A DNA stretch of 64,000 nucleotides from Candidatus Omnitrophota bacterium (GCA_016208765.1 JACQXK010000009.1:118255-182254), one strand, 5' to 3'; positions 20,032 to 29,675 are shown, counted from the first letter of the stretch. Translations and numbers: made by a program. Notes: generated by a model not told the origin, from the letters alone.

Positions 20032-21672
20032 ATGCCTGTAGAAGAGATAGGACACATACTTTTAAATTCTAAGGTGATCACTAAAGAGCAGCTTGAATTT
20101 GCCCTGATGATCCAGAGGAATATCAGCCCTGCTCAAAGATTAGGAAGAATCCTTAAGTATTATAACTTTGCAAGCGAAGAGGCCGTGGCCAGGGCTTTAG
20201 CTAAGCAGGTCGGCTGGAGGTATTTTAACAAAAAATACGTGGTTAATCTTCCGATGGTAGAAAAAATAGGCCTGGAGTTTCTTGCAGATAGGGTTTTCCT
20301 ACCTGTGGAGACTGAAAAAGGGCTGTGTTTTGTTTTTGCCTATCCTTTTGATATCGAGGCAACCGATCTTCTTGCAAGCGCAGGCCTGCAGAACAAAGAG
20401 TTTTACATCGGAAGCGAAAACGCAATCCGGCATCACCTGGAGATGTTTAAAAATAAGAAAAAAAGAGAAGAGATTGACAAAAGAATCAACATGCTTAAAG
20501 AAACAGGCGTTGTCGGCGATGAGCTTAAAGAGTTGCTGGATGAGCTTTTAGATGATGCAATAATTCATAACGCTACTGATATCCATATTGAGCCGGAAGA
20601 AAAAATAAGCACTATACGTTTTAGGATTGACGGAATTCTCTATTTTAAGTTCTGCATTCCCTTGGAAGTGCACAACAACCTCATTAATGTGGTTTTCAGC
20701 AGGGCAGAGATTACCGTGAGCGATTTTTACAGGTTTCATGATGCCAGATTCCAGCATGTCTATTCAAATCAGCCTGTGGATATAAGGGTATCCTGTATTC
20801 CTTCAATATTCGGTCCGGCATTAGTCTTGCGGCTTCTAGGCGTAAATAAAACCTTAATTACTTTGGAAAACTTAGGATTCCATAAAACGCACTTTGACAC
20901 CATAAGCCGCATAACCAAGAAGCCCCACGGCATTATCATTATCACCGGGCCCACCGGAAGCGGTAAGACTACGACACTTTATGCTATCCTCAGCCAACTT
21001 AAATCCCTTTCTACAAAAGTAATTACCATCGAGGATCCTGTTGAGATTAAAATGCCGCTTATAAACCAGGTACAGATTAATGAAAAACAGGGCATTACTT
21101 TTGCTCATGCCACGAGGGCATTTTTACGGCATGACCCGAATATAATCTTGATCGGCGAAATAAGAGATCACGATACAGCCCAAGAGGCGATACGTGCTTC
21201 CATTACCGGACACAGAGTATTATCCACGTTGCACACGAACACGGCAGCGGACTCAGTTTACCGGCTGCATGATTTGGGAATAGAGCTTAGACATATCGCA
21301 AACAGCATTCTTTGCGTTATCTCGCAAAGGCTGATCAGAAAGCTCTGTCCATTCTGCAAAAAAAGAGCCATTGTTAAAAAAGAGGAACTGCCGGAATTCT
21401 TTATGAAGTATCTTAAGGAGGATGAAAGCGAAATCCGCGTATATAAGAGTAAAGGATGTCTTCACTGCCAGGCGGGTTTCCTCGGTCGTACTGTCATTGC
21501 CGAGGTTTTAGAGTTTAGCGATGATGTCCGGGATTTAGTCAACTTGGGAAAACTGGATCTAGTCAGGCACAAAAATAAAGAAGAAGGCTTCACCAACCTC
21601 CAGCAGGATGCGGTAAGACTTGTACGCGAAGGCGTTACTTCTCTTGAAGAGGCAATGAGGGTAGCAGGATAA
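20032..21672 (+). CDS. Type II/IV secretion / type IV pilus assembly ATPase (GspE/PilB family)
   Basis: Walker A ITGPTGSGKTTT; Asp box; Walker B ILIGEIRD; His box; tetracysteine motif CPFC...CLHC. Confidence 0.85.
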   Translation: MPVEEIGHILLNSKVITKEQLEFALMIQRNISPAQRLGRILKYYNFASEEAVARALAKQVGWRYFNKKYVVNLPMVEKIGLEFLADRVFLPVETEKGLCFVFAYPFDIEATDLLASAGLQNKEFYIGSENAIRHHLEMFKNKKKREEIDKRINMLKETGVVGDELKELLDELLDDAIIHNATDIHIEPEEKISTIRFRIDGILYFKFCIPLEVHNNLINVVFSRAEITVSDFYRFHDARFQHVYSNQPVDIRVSCIPSIFGPALVLRLLGVNKTLITLENLGFHKTHFDTISRITKKPHGIIIITGPTGSGKTTTLYAILSQLKSLSTKVITIEDPVEIKMPLINQVQINEKQGITFAHATRAFLRHDPNIILIGEIRDHDTAQEAIRASITGHRVLSTLHTNTAADSVYRLHDLGIELRHIANSILCVISQRLIRKLCPFCKKRAIVKKEELPEFFMKYLKEDESEIRVYKSKGCLHCQAGFLGRTVIAEVLEFSDDVRDLVNLGKLDLVRHKNKEEGFTNLQQDAVRLVREGVTSLEEAMRVAG

Positions 21673-22878
21673 ATGTATTATAAATTCAGCGTCTTATCAG
21701 AAACAGGAAACGAAATAAACGGTATTGAGCAGGGTTCCTATTCAGAAATAAAGAACAGCTTAAGGCAGAAGAACTATTACATTTTGTCTTTGGAAGCGGA
21801 TTTTTTTAAGTCAATAAGGTTTGCCTTGGAGAAAAAAACAATTAAGGCGCAAACGCTGGCAGTATTTTTTGAGGATTTGGTGAACATGCTAAAAACCGGC
21901 ATTGCCATGAATGAGGCGGTTAGCGCCTTACGGGAGTCGTCTGTTGAGCCCGTCCTGACTAAGGCTTTATCCGGCATTGAGTATGATCTTGTTAACGGTT
22001 TTTCTTTGACTAATGCCTTTAAAGAAACAAAAGTCTTTCCATGGCTGGTTTTAAATATGCTTAAAGTCGGCGAGAAATCCGGCTCTCTTGAGCAGGTATT
22101 CGAGGATTTAGCCAAGTATTATTCCCGGGAGGCGGAATTCCTGAGTAGTTTAAAGAGCGCGGTAATTTATCCAATAATTGTATTCTGCATGCTGGTCGGG
22201 ATAATGTTCTATGTTTCCTTTAAGGTGTTACCTCATTTAGAGGCGCTCTTGCCCATAAGGGGCAATGCTTATTTTTCAACCCGACTGCTTTTATCTTTGA
22301 GCCATTTCCTGAAAGACTTCTGGTTTGTCTGTTTATTGTTTCCGGTTGTATTAGCGTGTATCTATTCAAGGTTTAAGAAAAGCTCGGTTGAAAGAATTGC
22401 ATCATTCTATTACAAGCTTCCCCTGGTAGGTTCTGTGGCTAAAGACGCAGCTATTTCTAACCTTTTTTCTAAGCTCGCGGTTCTCCAAAGAAACGGCATC
22501 AATATCGCTGACGCGCTTTCCTTAATCGAAGAGACTACTTCTTATCAATTTTTAGCTAAGAAAATACAGAAGCTTAATGATCTTATTGTAAGCGGGCTTA
22601 GCTTCTGGCAGGCCCTGCAAAAAGACCCATTTTTCCCAAAGCTTGTTTATACAACTGTCAGAAAAGGCGAGGAGATGGGCTCGCTTGATGAGTATCTGCA
22701 AAGCCTTTCCAAGTATTACTTTGATAAAGTCTCAAGGAGCATACGCGTAATTTTAGGTTTTATCCAACCGGCACTTTTAGTTTTCTGCGCAGCAGTTTTA
22801 TTGTTTGTTGTTTCGGCATTCATCATGCCGGTTTACAGCAATCTTTCAAACATTGCAGGCGGCAATGTTAAGTTTTAG
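21673..22878 (+). CDS. Type II secretion / type IV pilus platform protein (GspF/PilC family)
   Basis: 401 aa; duplicated T2SF domain layout with three TM regions. Translationally coupled to the ATPase (TAAATG overlap). Confidence 0.8.
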   Translation: MYYKFSVLSETGNEINGIEQGSYSEIKNSLRQKNYYILSLEADFFKSIRFALEKKTIKAQTLAVFFEDLVNMLKTGIAMNEAVSALRESSVEPVLTKALSGIEYDLVNGFSLTNAFKETKVFPWLVLNMLKVGEKSGSLEQVFEDLAKYYSREAEFLSSLKSAVIYPIIVFCMLVGIMFYVSFKVLPHLEALLPIRGNAYFSTRLLLSLSHFLKDFWFVCLLFPVVLACIYSRFKKSSVERIASFYYKLPLVGSVAKDAAISNLFSKLAVLQRNGINIADALSLIEETTSYQFLAKKIQKLNDLIVSGLSFWQALQKDPFFPKLVYTTVRKGEEMGSLDEYLQSLSKYYFDKVSRSIRVILGFIQPALLVFCAAVLLFVVSAFIMPVYSNLSNIAGGNVKF

Positions 22879-22894
22879 AGGAGGTGAGGAAAAG

Positions 22895-23320
22895 ATGAGG
22901 AATAGGGGAGGTTTTACGCTGATCGAACTGGTGCTGGTCATAAGCATTATCGCGCTTTTAATCATGGCGGTGGGATTAACTAGCGGCGTACGGGAAAATG
23001 CCAAGGTGCATTCGGCTTCCGAATCAGTCAAGGCATTAAGGACAGCTGCGGAAAGCTACATCGCAGCCGGTAACATGACCTACACCGGGATAACGATTCC
23101 TGGCTTACAGACATTAGGGTACTTGCCTGCCAGTTTTTCTGCAACAGGCTCAAACCCTTGGGGCGGGAATTATGTCATAGCCCCGAATACCGACACTAAT
23201 AAGGTCGATATCTCGCTTACCGGTGTAAGCAGTTCTGCGGCAACAAGGCTTTCGGCTTTGTTTGCTAACAGTGCAGCAGCAACTAGCTATGCATCCGAAA
23301 CATGGACAATAACGTTTTAG
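22895..23320 (+). CDS. Prepilin / pseudopilin (type IV pilin N-methylation site)
   Basis: Short basic leader MRNRG then FTLIELVLVISIIALL (class III signal, Glu+5). GAGGAGGTGAGG RBS before the ATG at 22895. The track ORF starts further upstream at 22805. Confidence 0.7.
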   Translation: MRNRGGFTLIELVLVISIIALLIMAVGLTSGVRENAKVHSASESVKALRTAAESYIAAGNMTYTGITIPGLQTLGYLPASFSATGSNPWGGNYVIAPNTDTNKVDISLTGVSSSAATRLSALFANSAAATSYASETWTITF

Positions 23321-23772
23321 CAAAGCGTGGTTTTAGTTTGGCTGAGCTGAGCCTTGTGCTGATGTTAGTTAACGTATTCATTGCCGTATCTTTTTACTCT
23401 GCGGCAAAGATACGGCAGGCTGCTTCAGCACAAAGGGTAATTGAGGAGCTGGATGCAATAGCTGCAGCAAGTACCAGATATTACAGCGAGCATGGGGCGT
23501 GGCCGGTGAATTTAGCCGACCTGCGCCCCAGCTATCTGGTGCAGCAGTCTAGCGACCTTAATCCCTTTGGCAATGCCTATACAATTACCTCTAATGCTTC
23601 AAGTTTTTCAATATCTACGCTTTTGCCAAAAAACCTAGTTACCAATAAAAGCTACGGCAGCGAGGTTGTGGTTGTAAATCAGGGTAATAATGATCTGGTT
23701 AGCATCACTAAATCACCAGAATCAATAAACTGGAAGTTAAAATATGAGAAGAAGTACATCCATAAACAATAA
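23302..23772 (+). CDS. Prepilin / minor pilin
   Basis: Leader MDNNVLAKRG then FSLAELSLVLMLV. Confidence 0.65.
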   Translation: MDNNVLAKRGFSLAELSLVLMLVNVFIAVSFYSAAKIRQAASAQRVIEELDAIAAASTRYYSEHGAWPVNLADLRPSYLVQQSSDLNPFGNAYTITSNASSFSISTLLPKNLVTNKSYGSEVVVVNQGNNDLVSITKSPESINWKLKYEKKYIHKQ

Positions 23773-24577
23773 AAAGGGTTTTTCTTTAATTGAGCTTTGT
23801 ATAGCGCTTGGGGTTTTGGTTATCCTTACCTCATCCATTACCCCTGTTTTTATCAAGAGAATACAGGTTAAGGCAGGGGAAAAGACTGCGCTGGAGATGT
23901 CGGTAATACAGCAGGCAGCGCTTTCGTATTACGCAGCTAATAATGCTTGGCCTGCGAGTATCCAAGCTTTGCAAAATGCAGGATACCTTAATCCTTCTTG
24001 GTCTGCTAATAATCCCTGGCAGAATGCTTATACTATTTCCTCAACTATCAGCGCTTTTACGGTCTCAACCACTGTGCCTCAGGAGTGGACAAATCTTGTA
24101 GCAAGGGACCTGCCCACTAGTTCTGTATTGGGAACTATCGTCGGCAGTGTTGTGCCTGCGCCTGGCAGCGCTCAAAATGATTCGCTTCCCATAGGTTCAA
24201 TTGTTATCTGGTCAGGTGCTGTTGCTTCCATACCTACTGGTTGGCAGCTTTGCGACGGAACTAACGGCACGCCTGATCTTCGGGATAAGTTTGTGGTAGG
24301 GGCAAGGCAGGATTCAGGCGGTGTCTCAATGACGAATGTTTCCGGTTCATTAACCAAGATTGGAGGGGAAGCAAAACATACATTAACTATTGCCGAGATG
24401 CCTGCACATACGCATTCTTATCGCTGGTGGCCGGGATGGTATTTTTCAGGTAGCTCTGAATACGGCGCAAAAGGCGGCCCTGACGATAACCATCAGACCG
24501 GAAGCGTAGGAGGCGGACAGCCGCATAACATACTGCCGCCTTATTATGCCCTATGCTTTATCATGAAAATCTCTTAA
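23744..24577 (+). CDS. Prepilin with C-terminal phage tail-collar (T4 gp36-like / MdpB-like) domain, putative tip adhesin
   Basis: Leader MRRSTSINNKKG then FSLIELCIALGVLVIL. C-terminal IGSIVIWSGAVASIPTGWQLCDGTNGTPDLRDKFVVGA ... EMPAHTHSY ... NILPPYYALCFIMKI matches the phage tail-collar consensus (GWxxCDG ... PDLRxxF). Confidence 0.65.
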   Translation: MRRSTSINNKKGFSLIELCIALGVLVILTSSITPVFIKRIQVKAGEKTALEMSVIQQAALSYYAANNAWPASIQALQNAGYLNPSWSANNPWQNAYTISSTISAFTVSTTVPQEWTNLVARDLPTSSVLGTIVGSVVPAPGSAQNDSLPIGSIVIWSGAVASIPTGWQLCDGTNGTPDLRDKFVVGARQDSGGVSMTNVSGSLTKIGGEAKHTLTIAEMPAHTHSYRWWPGWYFSGSSEYGAKGGPDDNHQTGSVGGGQPHNILPPYYALCFIMKIS

Positions 24578-24583
24578 AGACAA

Positions 24584-25492
24584 ATGGTTTCAAGATTTAG
24601 GAAGGCTTTTATTGTTATTTTGTTTTTGATCTTTTCTTTAGGAAAAGTTTTTGCTCTTGAGACAACCGATATCTTGGGGATGGTAAACTTAAACTGCATA
24701 GATTTAAAGGTAATCGGCGTATGCGTAAATCCCATTGGTATTCCCGGTATTGTGATTATGTATTGGGAACCCGCCTTGCTTATTGAAACCGTCAAGCGCC
24801 CGGGCGACACTGTAATTAATTCGTTAAAACCGGTTATCGCTGATTTTGCTTCACAGGGAACTAAAAATCTTATGTCCGGGCTTACAGGATTGCCTGTAGT
24901 AATATCAAGCGGATCTAGTTCTAGCAAGCTGACTGGAACAAATTTGCAGTTTAATGAAGCACACGTGTATGAGTTTCCATTTAGGGATGAGATTATGTCT
25001 TTCATTGATATGCAGTGTCCGGATAAACTTCCTACAGGTTTATTTATCAAGTATCTTTCGGAATTGGATTCTGCGGAATGGCGTATAGGCGCTATTGAGG
25101 CCTTGCATCCGAAAAGTATTGCTTCAGCGGCAAGTGGTTTAACCTGCGCTGCAACAGGAGCATTCCTGGATGATCTGTGCATGGGTTTTTGGGGAGCAGC
25201 TTATCCAAGACGAGGTTTTGTTACGCACCAGAGCGAAGTAGTGGGGAGCGCAATAGCAGCAACTAGAGCAGTAAGCATTGCCTCACTTTTAGGCTCTACT
25301 TTTCATATCGTCTTGGAGACCACAGGTTTTATTCCTTCCTTTGATAGCGATAAGCTGGAGTTAATTTATCCAAATCCAAGCGGATGCATCAAAATAGGCC
25401 AGCATCCGGCAACCTGGGAATCCGGCAAATTGTCTTCATCCGGGAAATACCTTTGGGTATATTGGAGAAGAAGAATATGCTGTATTTATTAA
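24584..25492 (+). CDS. traU: TraU (F-type pilus assembly / DNA transfer protein)
   Basis: 302 aa; signal peptide. IMYWEPALLIETVKRPGDTVINS aligns with F TraU INYWEPMALTDVTRSPGCMVNLG. Multiple conserved Cys. Confidence 0.55.
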   Translation: MVSRFRKAFIVILFLIFSLGKVFALETTDILGMVNLNCIDLKVIGVCVNPIGIPGIVIMYWEPALLIETVKRPGDTVINSLKPVIADFASQGTKNLMSGLTGLPVVISSGSSSSKLTGTNLQFNEAHVYEFPFRDEIMSFIDMQCPDKLPTGLFIKYLSELDSAEWRIGAIEALHPKSIASAASGLTCAATGAFLDDLCMGFWGAAYPRRGFVTHQSEVVGSAIAATRAVSIASLLGSTFHIVLETTGFIPSFDSDKLELIYPNPSGCIKIGQHPATWESGKLSSSGKYLWVYWRRRICCIY

Positions 25493-26016
25493 GCGTAATT
25501 TTAAGCGTTTCTTTATTATTAAATCCGGCTTATGTAATAGCAGGATTTTTTGATGAGAAAGATGTCTCTATACAGCAAAGCGGTTGCAGTGAATGTCAAA
25601 GCCAAACACTTAACCTAAATCCGGATTTAAAAGAAAAAGTTGTAGTAATAGAAAAGAAGATTTCCAATAACCTCAATAAAAATACCAGTGGTAAAGAGAT
25701 CACCTTATTTATTGATCTTAGCGACAGCTATTTTGACCAGGCGGTTAACGTATTAGTCAAATTCAAAAATGACAATCCTGACTGGTTGGTTAAAGGCGTT
25801 ATTACTGGCAGCAAGAATAATTTAAAAGAAAAGTTACTTGCGAAACAGAAGTTTTTTGGCACCGGTATTGAATTCAGTATTGACCTGAGTGGCACCTTGT
25901 CAAAAGAGTTCGGTATCATTAAGACGCCGGTTTATTTGATTTCCTATAAAGGCAGCCAGCAGAAAATAACCGGGTTGTCTGATTTTAATGATTTTATATC
26001 GAGACTTAATAAATGA
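25477..26016 (+). CDS. Periplasmic F-type transfer protein, TrbC/TraW-like (putative)
   Basis: Signal peptide MLYLLSVILSVSLLLNPAYVIAG; size ~180 aa. Occupies the position after traU where trbC sits in F-like operons. The ATG at 25477 has a GGAGAAG RBS. Confidence 0.3.
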   Translation: MLYLLSVILSVSLLLNPAYVIAGFFDEKDVSIQQSGCSECQSQTLNLNPDLKEKVVVIEKKISNNLNKNTSGKEITLFIDLSDSYFDQAVNVLVKFKNDNPDWLVKGVITGSKNNLKEKLLAKQKFFGTGIEFSIDLSGTLSKEFGIIKTPVYLISYKGSQQKITGLSDFNDFISRLNK

Positions 26017-26741
26017 GAGCATTTATTCTTATGTTTATCCTTTTTTTATCGCACCTTGCTAATGCATCCGCAGAAAGTATCTTTCAGTATAAACGGATTG
26101 ATTTTTTCCGAGAAATAGAAACACAAATAGAACCAGTAACAGCACAAACTAATAATTCTTCCGAAGTTATTACAGAAGAATGGGCTGAACCAATAATTGC
26201 TCCTTCCGGCAAAGTAAATGTCTATGTACCGCCTAAAGAGGTGAGGAATTTCCTGGATAAGCCCGATCCGGATAACGCAAGGGCATACTTACAGTGGAAC
26301 TTAAAGAGGATTAAAAAATTCATCCTTGCGCAGGAATTGCTAAGAAAAGAAGCAAAGGAGCTTGAAGTGATTAAGGAAACGAAAAGCCTGCTTGAACCCG
26401 ATTCTCCAGCAGGATTTAGGGATTCTAGTAGCAATACAAAAGTTGATGTGAGTTATCTGTTCTATTTTATGCTAAAAGGTTGCCCTGTGTGTGAGAAAGA
26501 ATCCCAGGTGATAGAAGACGTCTATCTTAATCATCCAGAAATCAGAATCGAAGCCTTTGCCAAAGGCTTCTCTGACAGGGAGCTAGAAAACTTTAAGTTT
26601 TCTGCCAAGCAAGATTCTGGCATGAGCAGCCTTTTTAAGGTTGAATCATATCCGGCTATTGCAATATTTAACAAAAAGAATAAAAGGTATTTTCTTTCGG
26701 GGTTTGTAGATAAAGAGAGGATACTTAAGCTGCTTAAATGA
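26013..26741 (+). CDS. traF: TraF/TrbB-like thioredoxin-fold protein (CxxC)
   Basis: 242 aa; signal peptide; CPVC redox motif in a thioredoxin-like C-terminal half. Confidence 0.45.
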   Translation: MRAFILMFILFLSHLANASAESIFQYKRIDFFREIETQIEPVTAQTNNSSEVITEEWAEPIIAPSGKVNVYVPPKEVRNFLDKPDPDNARAYLQWNLKRIKKFILAQELLRKEAKELEVIKETKSLLEPDSPAGFRDSSSNTKVDVSYLFYFMLKGCPVCEKESQVIEDVYLNHPEIRIEAFAKGFSDRELENFKFSAKQDSGMSSLFKVESYPAIAIFNKKNKRYFLSGFVDKERILKLLK

Positions 26742-28018
26742 AGAAAATCATTATTTCTTTAGCTTTAATTTCGCTATTAAGAGGTATAAGCTATGCTGAT
26801 ATTTTCTCTAAAGACGATACCACTAGCCCTTATACCATAGACAGCGCTATTTCCGAAGATAGGTCCGGCTTCTATTACCGGGGAGGTCTTGACTACCGGC
26901 CGACTGTTCCGGTTGATGAGCCGGGAGTAGGTTACTCTATCTTAAGTGGTTCAAAAGGATGCAGCGGTTTTGACCTTGCCTCAAGCTTTAACAGCGTTCT
27001 CTCAGAACAGATCCTGGCGGATTATATGAAAGGTATATCCAGCGAAGCAATGGCAGCTGCACCGATGTTATTATTAGAGTATGTTTCGCCGACATTGGCA
27101 GACATCATCAAACACTTTAATGCTATGACTAATATGCGCCTAGGTCTAAGGTATGCCCAATGCGAAGACATCGAGAAGGCAGCCGGGGAATACATGGATA
27201 AGCTAAGGAAAAAGAGTGAGAGCGAGTGCGTTAAAGAAAAAGTAGCAACCGGCCTTGATATTGACTCAGCGCTTAAAGCCTGCAAAGAGGGGAAAGATCC
27301 ATTCGCCTTCCTGAAGAATGCTGAAGGCGTTCCCTTGGCACAGGGAGGAAAAATCGATGTACTTTCAGATATCTTTAAGAAGATAAATATCCCGGGCGAG
27401 AGAAAAGATTTTGTCAAATCAGTGGTAGGCGAGACCACCATCACCTCATCACAGATTGAGAACAACAAAGGAGAAAAATCCATCTATAAGGTAAACGATG
27501 AGTTTAGGTCTGAAACTTCCGATAAGTTTCTCTCTCTTTTCAATGAATACCTGAATTCAAAAACTGTATCCAGCGATTCATTAAAAGGCCTGTCCTTACA
27601 CAATAATCCGGTGACAGAGGAACAGATTAGAGATATAGCTTTGATGCCTAAGGCAAAACAATATATAGCGATTTCCAAAATTTCCTCTGACATAGCTTAT
27701 TTTAAGACTGTCTCCCAATACAGGCAGGCTATGGATGATTTATTAGAGGCAATGCGCGCGCCTGGCTTAGATGATGTGCAAAGAGGCGTGCTTGAGCGGG
27801 ATTATAATTACCTGAAAGAGAAACTGGAAAGATTCAAAGAGGAAAGAGAGATTTATAAAGATTACAACGAAGCCGTAGCCGGTATCTTATCGGAATCAGA
27901 AAAAGAAAAGCTCAATACCATTATAAATGATGATGGAACAAGCTCGTATTTCAACGATACTACTGAAACGCAGGATAAAAAAGAGATGTACCTGTCTGCT
28001 ACGGAAGAAAAGGAGTAA
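26738..28018 (+). CDS. traH: TraH (F-type pilus assembly)
   Basis: 426 aa; signal peptide. GxGC.GxD...SF segment (SGSKGCSGFDLASSF) resembles F TraH (NAGCGGIDAFLGSF). Coiled-coil C-terminus. Confidence 0.45.
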   Translation: MKKIIISLALISLLRGISYADIFSKDDTTSPYTIDSAISEDRSGFYYRGGLDYRPTVPVDEPGVGYSILSGSKGCSGFDLASSFNSVLSEQILADYMKGISSEAMAAAPMLLLEYVSPTLADIIKHFNAMTNMRLGLRYAQCEDIEKAAGEYMDKLRKKSESECVKEKVATGLDIDSALKACKEGKDPFAFLKNAEGVPLAQGGKIDVLSDIFKKINIPGERKDFVKSVVGETTITSSQIENNKGEKSIYKVNDEFRSETSDKFLSLFNEYLNSKTVSSDSLKGLSLHNNPVTEEQIRDIALMPKAKQYIAISKISSDIAYFKTVSQYRQAMDDLLEAMRAPGLDDVQRGVLERDYNYLKEKLERFKEEREIYKDYNEAVAGILSESEKEKLNTIINDDGTSSYFNDTTETQDKKEMYLSATEEKE

Positions 28019-28091
28019 TATAAAAAATGAAGATTTTAGATCATGATCTCAAACTATTAAAATATATTCAGTTTTTAGGAAAGAGGATTAA

Positions 28092-28958
28092 CTATGCAGA
28101 TTTACGAAAGTAAAACCCTTCTTTGAAATAAGGGTGTTTTTTTAATAGTTCAACCCTACGTAAGTTGAGATTGGATAGTCCATTTCTCACGGTTTCCTCG
28201 TAATATTTTTCTCGATTTCCTACCAATTTGTTCTTTCCGTTAAAAAATGTTTCAAAGATTATATGTTTGATTCTTATAAAATCATCTTTAATTATAGCAT
28301 TGATTGCAAGCAATGAGTCTAATATATGCACCATTCTTAAGCAATTATCTCGATGATAAGTAGGATCAATCGATGAAAGATGTGCCCAAATATGTCGGTT
28401 AAAATTTAATAATGGCAAATCGGATCTTCTTCGTACCTGTTTATATAAAGTATTAGAAAGTAAAGTAAGTAGATTTTCTACGATGTAAGTGAGAAGCGGT
28501 TGTAATTCAGGGCGTCCTGCGCGTAGAGACATCATTCTTTGAATATTACTATTGTCTATTCGAACGAATTCCCTTTCTCCTATTAACTGGAGGATGATGC
28601 CTTCTGGCAAGGGAGTCAATACTCCCTCACAAGTAATCAAGTTTAAGTCATACAACTCTAGAAGACCGATTTCAACCAAGTGCGAGAATTTATCTATTGG
28701 CTGAAGATTACAGTATCCTTCTTCTATCAATATGGCCCGAAATTTATAAAGAAGTGTATTAACAAATATCTCATCGGCAATCATCTTCCCGTAATGTTCT
28801 TTATCTCTTAGGGTGGGCGTTCCAGGAAGGCGTTTGATAAAATCAATAAATTTTGGCTTTACAAACTGAAAAAACCAAAAAGGAGATATAACCCATTCAT
28901 ACTTAGTTAATTTTACATTGGCCAAATTATATGATTCAAAGAGTTCTCCATCAGTCAA
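28092..28958 (-). CDS. Hypothetical protein on opposite strand (possible Abi-like defence gene)
   Basis: 288 aa; no motif recognised with confidence. Its 3' end abuts a 46-bp duplicated segment. Confidence 0.25.
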   Translation of the reverse strand: MTDGELFESYNLANVKLTKYEWVISPFWFFQFVKPKFIDFIKRLPGTPTLRDKEHYGKMIADEIFVNTLLYKFRAILIEEGYCNLQPIDKFSHLVEIGLLELYDLNLITCEGVLTPLPEGIILQLIGEREFVRIDNSNIQRMMSLRAGRPELQPLLTYIVENLLTLLSNTLYKQVRRRSDLPLLNFNRHIWAHLSSIDPTYHRDNCLRMVHILDSLLAINAIIKDDFIRIKHIIFETFFNGKNKLVGNREKYYEETVRNGLSNLNLRRVELLKKHPYFKEGFYFRKSA

Positions 28959-29340
28959 TATTGTCTCCTTTTTTATATATAACTTTATGGCATAGAAACT
29001 AGCTGATTCTATTGGAATTGCATAAAATTACATATTTTAGAATGCACAGGTAAAATTATATCAAAGATTGAAAAAATTGTCATTTAGATTTTGTCGTGGT
29101 GGCCACACGATTCACTTTAGCGGCTGAAATTTTTCTCTGTTTATTAGAGAACCTATCCTATGGCAGGCCTTATAAATTCTTCAGTTATCGTTTCTGAATT
29201 GGACTACAAACCATTACAGGAACGTATTTTCTCTTCTATAAAATTTTTACTATCTGTTTTGCAGTTTTTTCGATACACTAACCTTTTCTTCGATCAGACA
29301 GCTTCCTTTTCTCATTTTTTATTTTTTCTTGTCTTCAGTA

Positions 29341-29675
29341 ATCCCCTTTCTTTTTATCCGCCTACAATAACCCAAGCCTGACTTTTGCTCAAGAAAATCC
29401 TTCGGAAAAATTCATCTCTGCCTAAAAAGCCTTTTCGTGGTTTGCCTCGGAAAGGCTTTTTTGTCATCAGAAGTATTCTGCCCCTATAGGGGAGTCTCAA
29501 TTTTTCCAAAGGACTCCCAAGAAGGTCGCTCGTTTGGCTCTCGCTTCCCTTCGGGCATGTCTGTTTTTTTGACAAAAGACCGTATTTTCTGTGGTGTGCC
29601 TCAAAAAATACTTCAATTTCTTGGGTTTTAATTTTCGGCGTCAAAAGAAAGGAGGCTTACATGAGCCAAGTAAAA
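29341..29675 (+). promoter_or_regulatory. Copy 1 of a ~320-bp duplicated leader/promoter module (ends in RBS + ATG + MSQVK)
   Basis: About 80% identical to 33190-33512. Contains TTGACT/TTGACA boxes, the hairpin GGGAGTCTCAATTTTTCCAAAGGACTCCC, and a conserved AAAGAAAGGAGGCTTACATGAGCCAAGTAAAA end. Confidence 0.6.

Noticed and set aside
22805-22894. N-terminal 30-codon extension of the first prepilin ORF
   Set aside because: Type IV prepilin leaders are short and basic. A strong RBS precedes the internal Met at 22895. The extension overlaps the end of the PilC-like gene.
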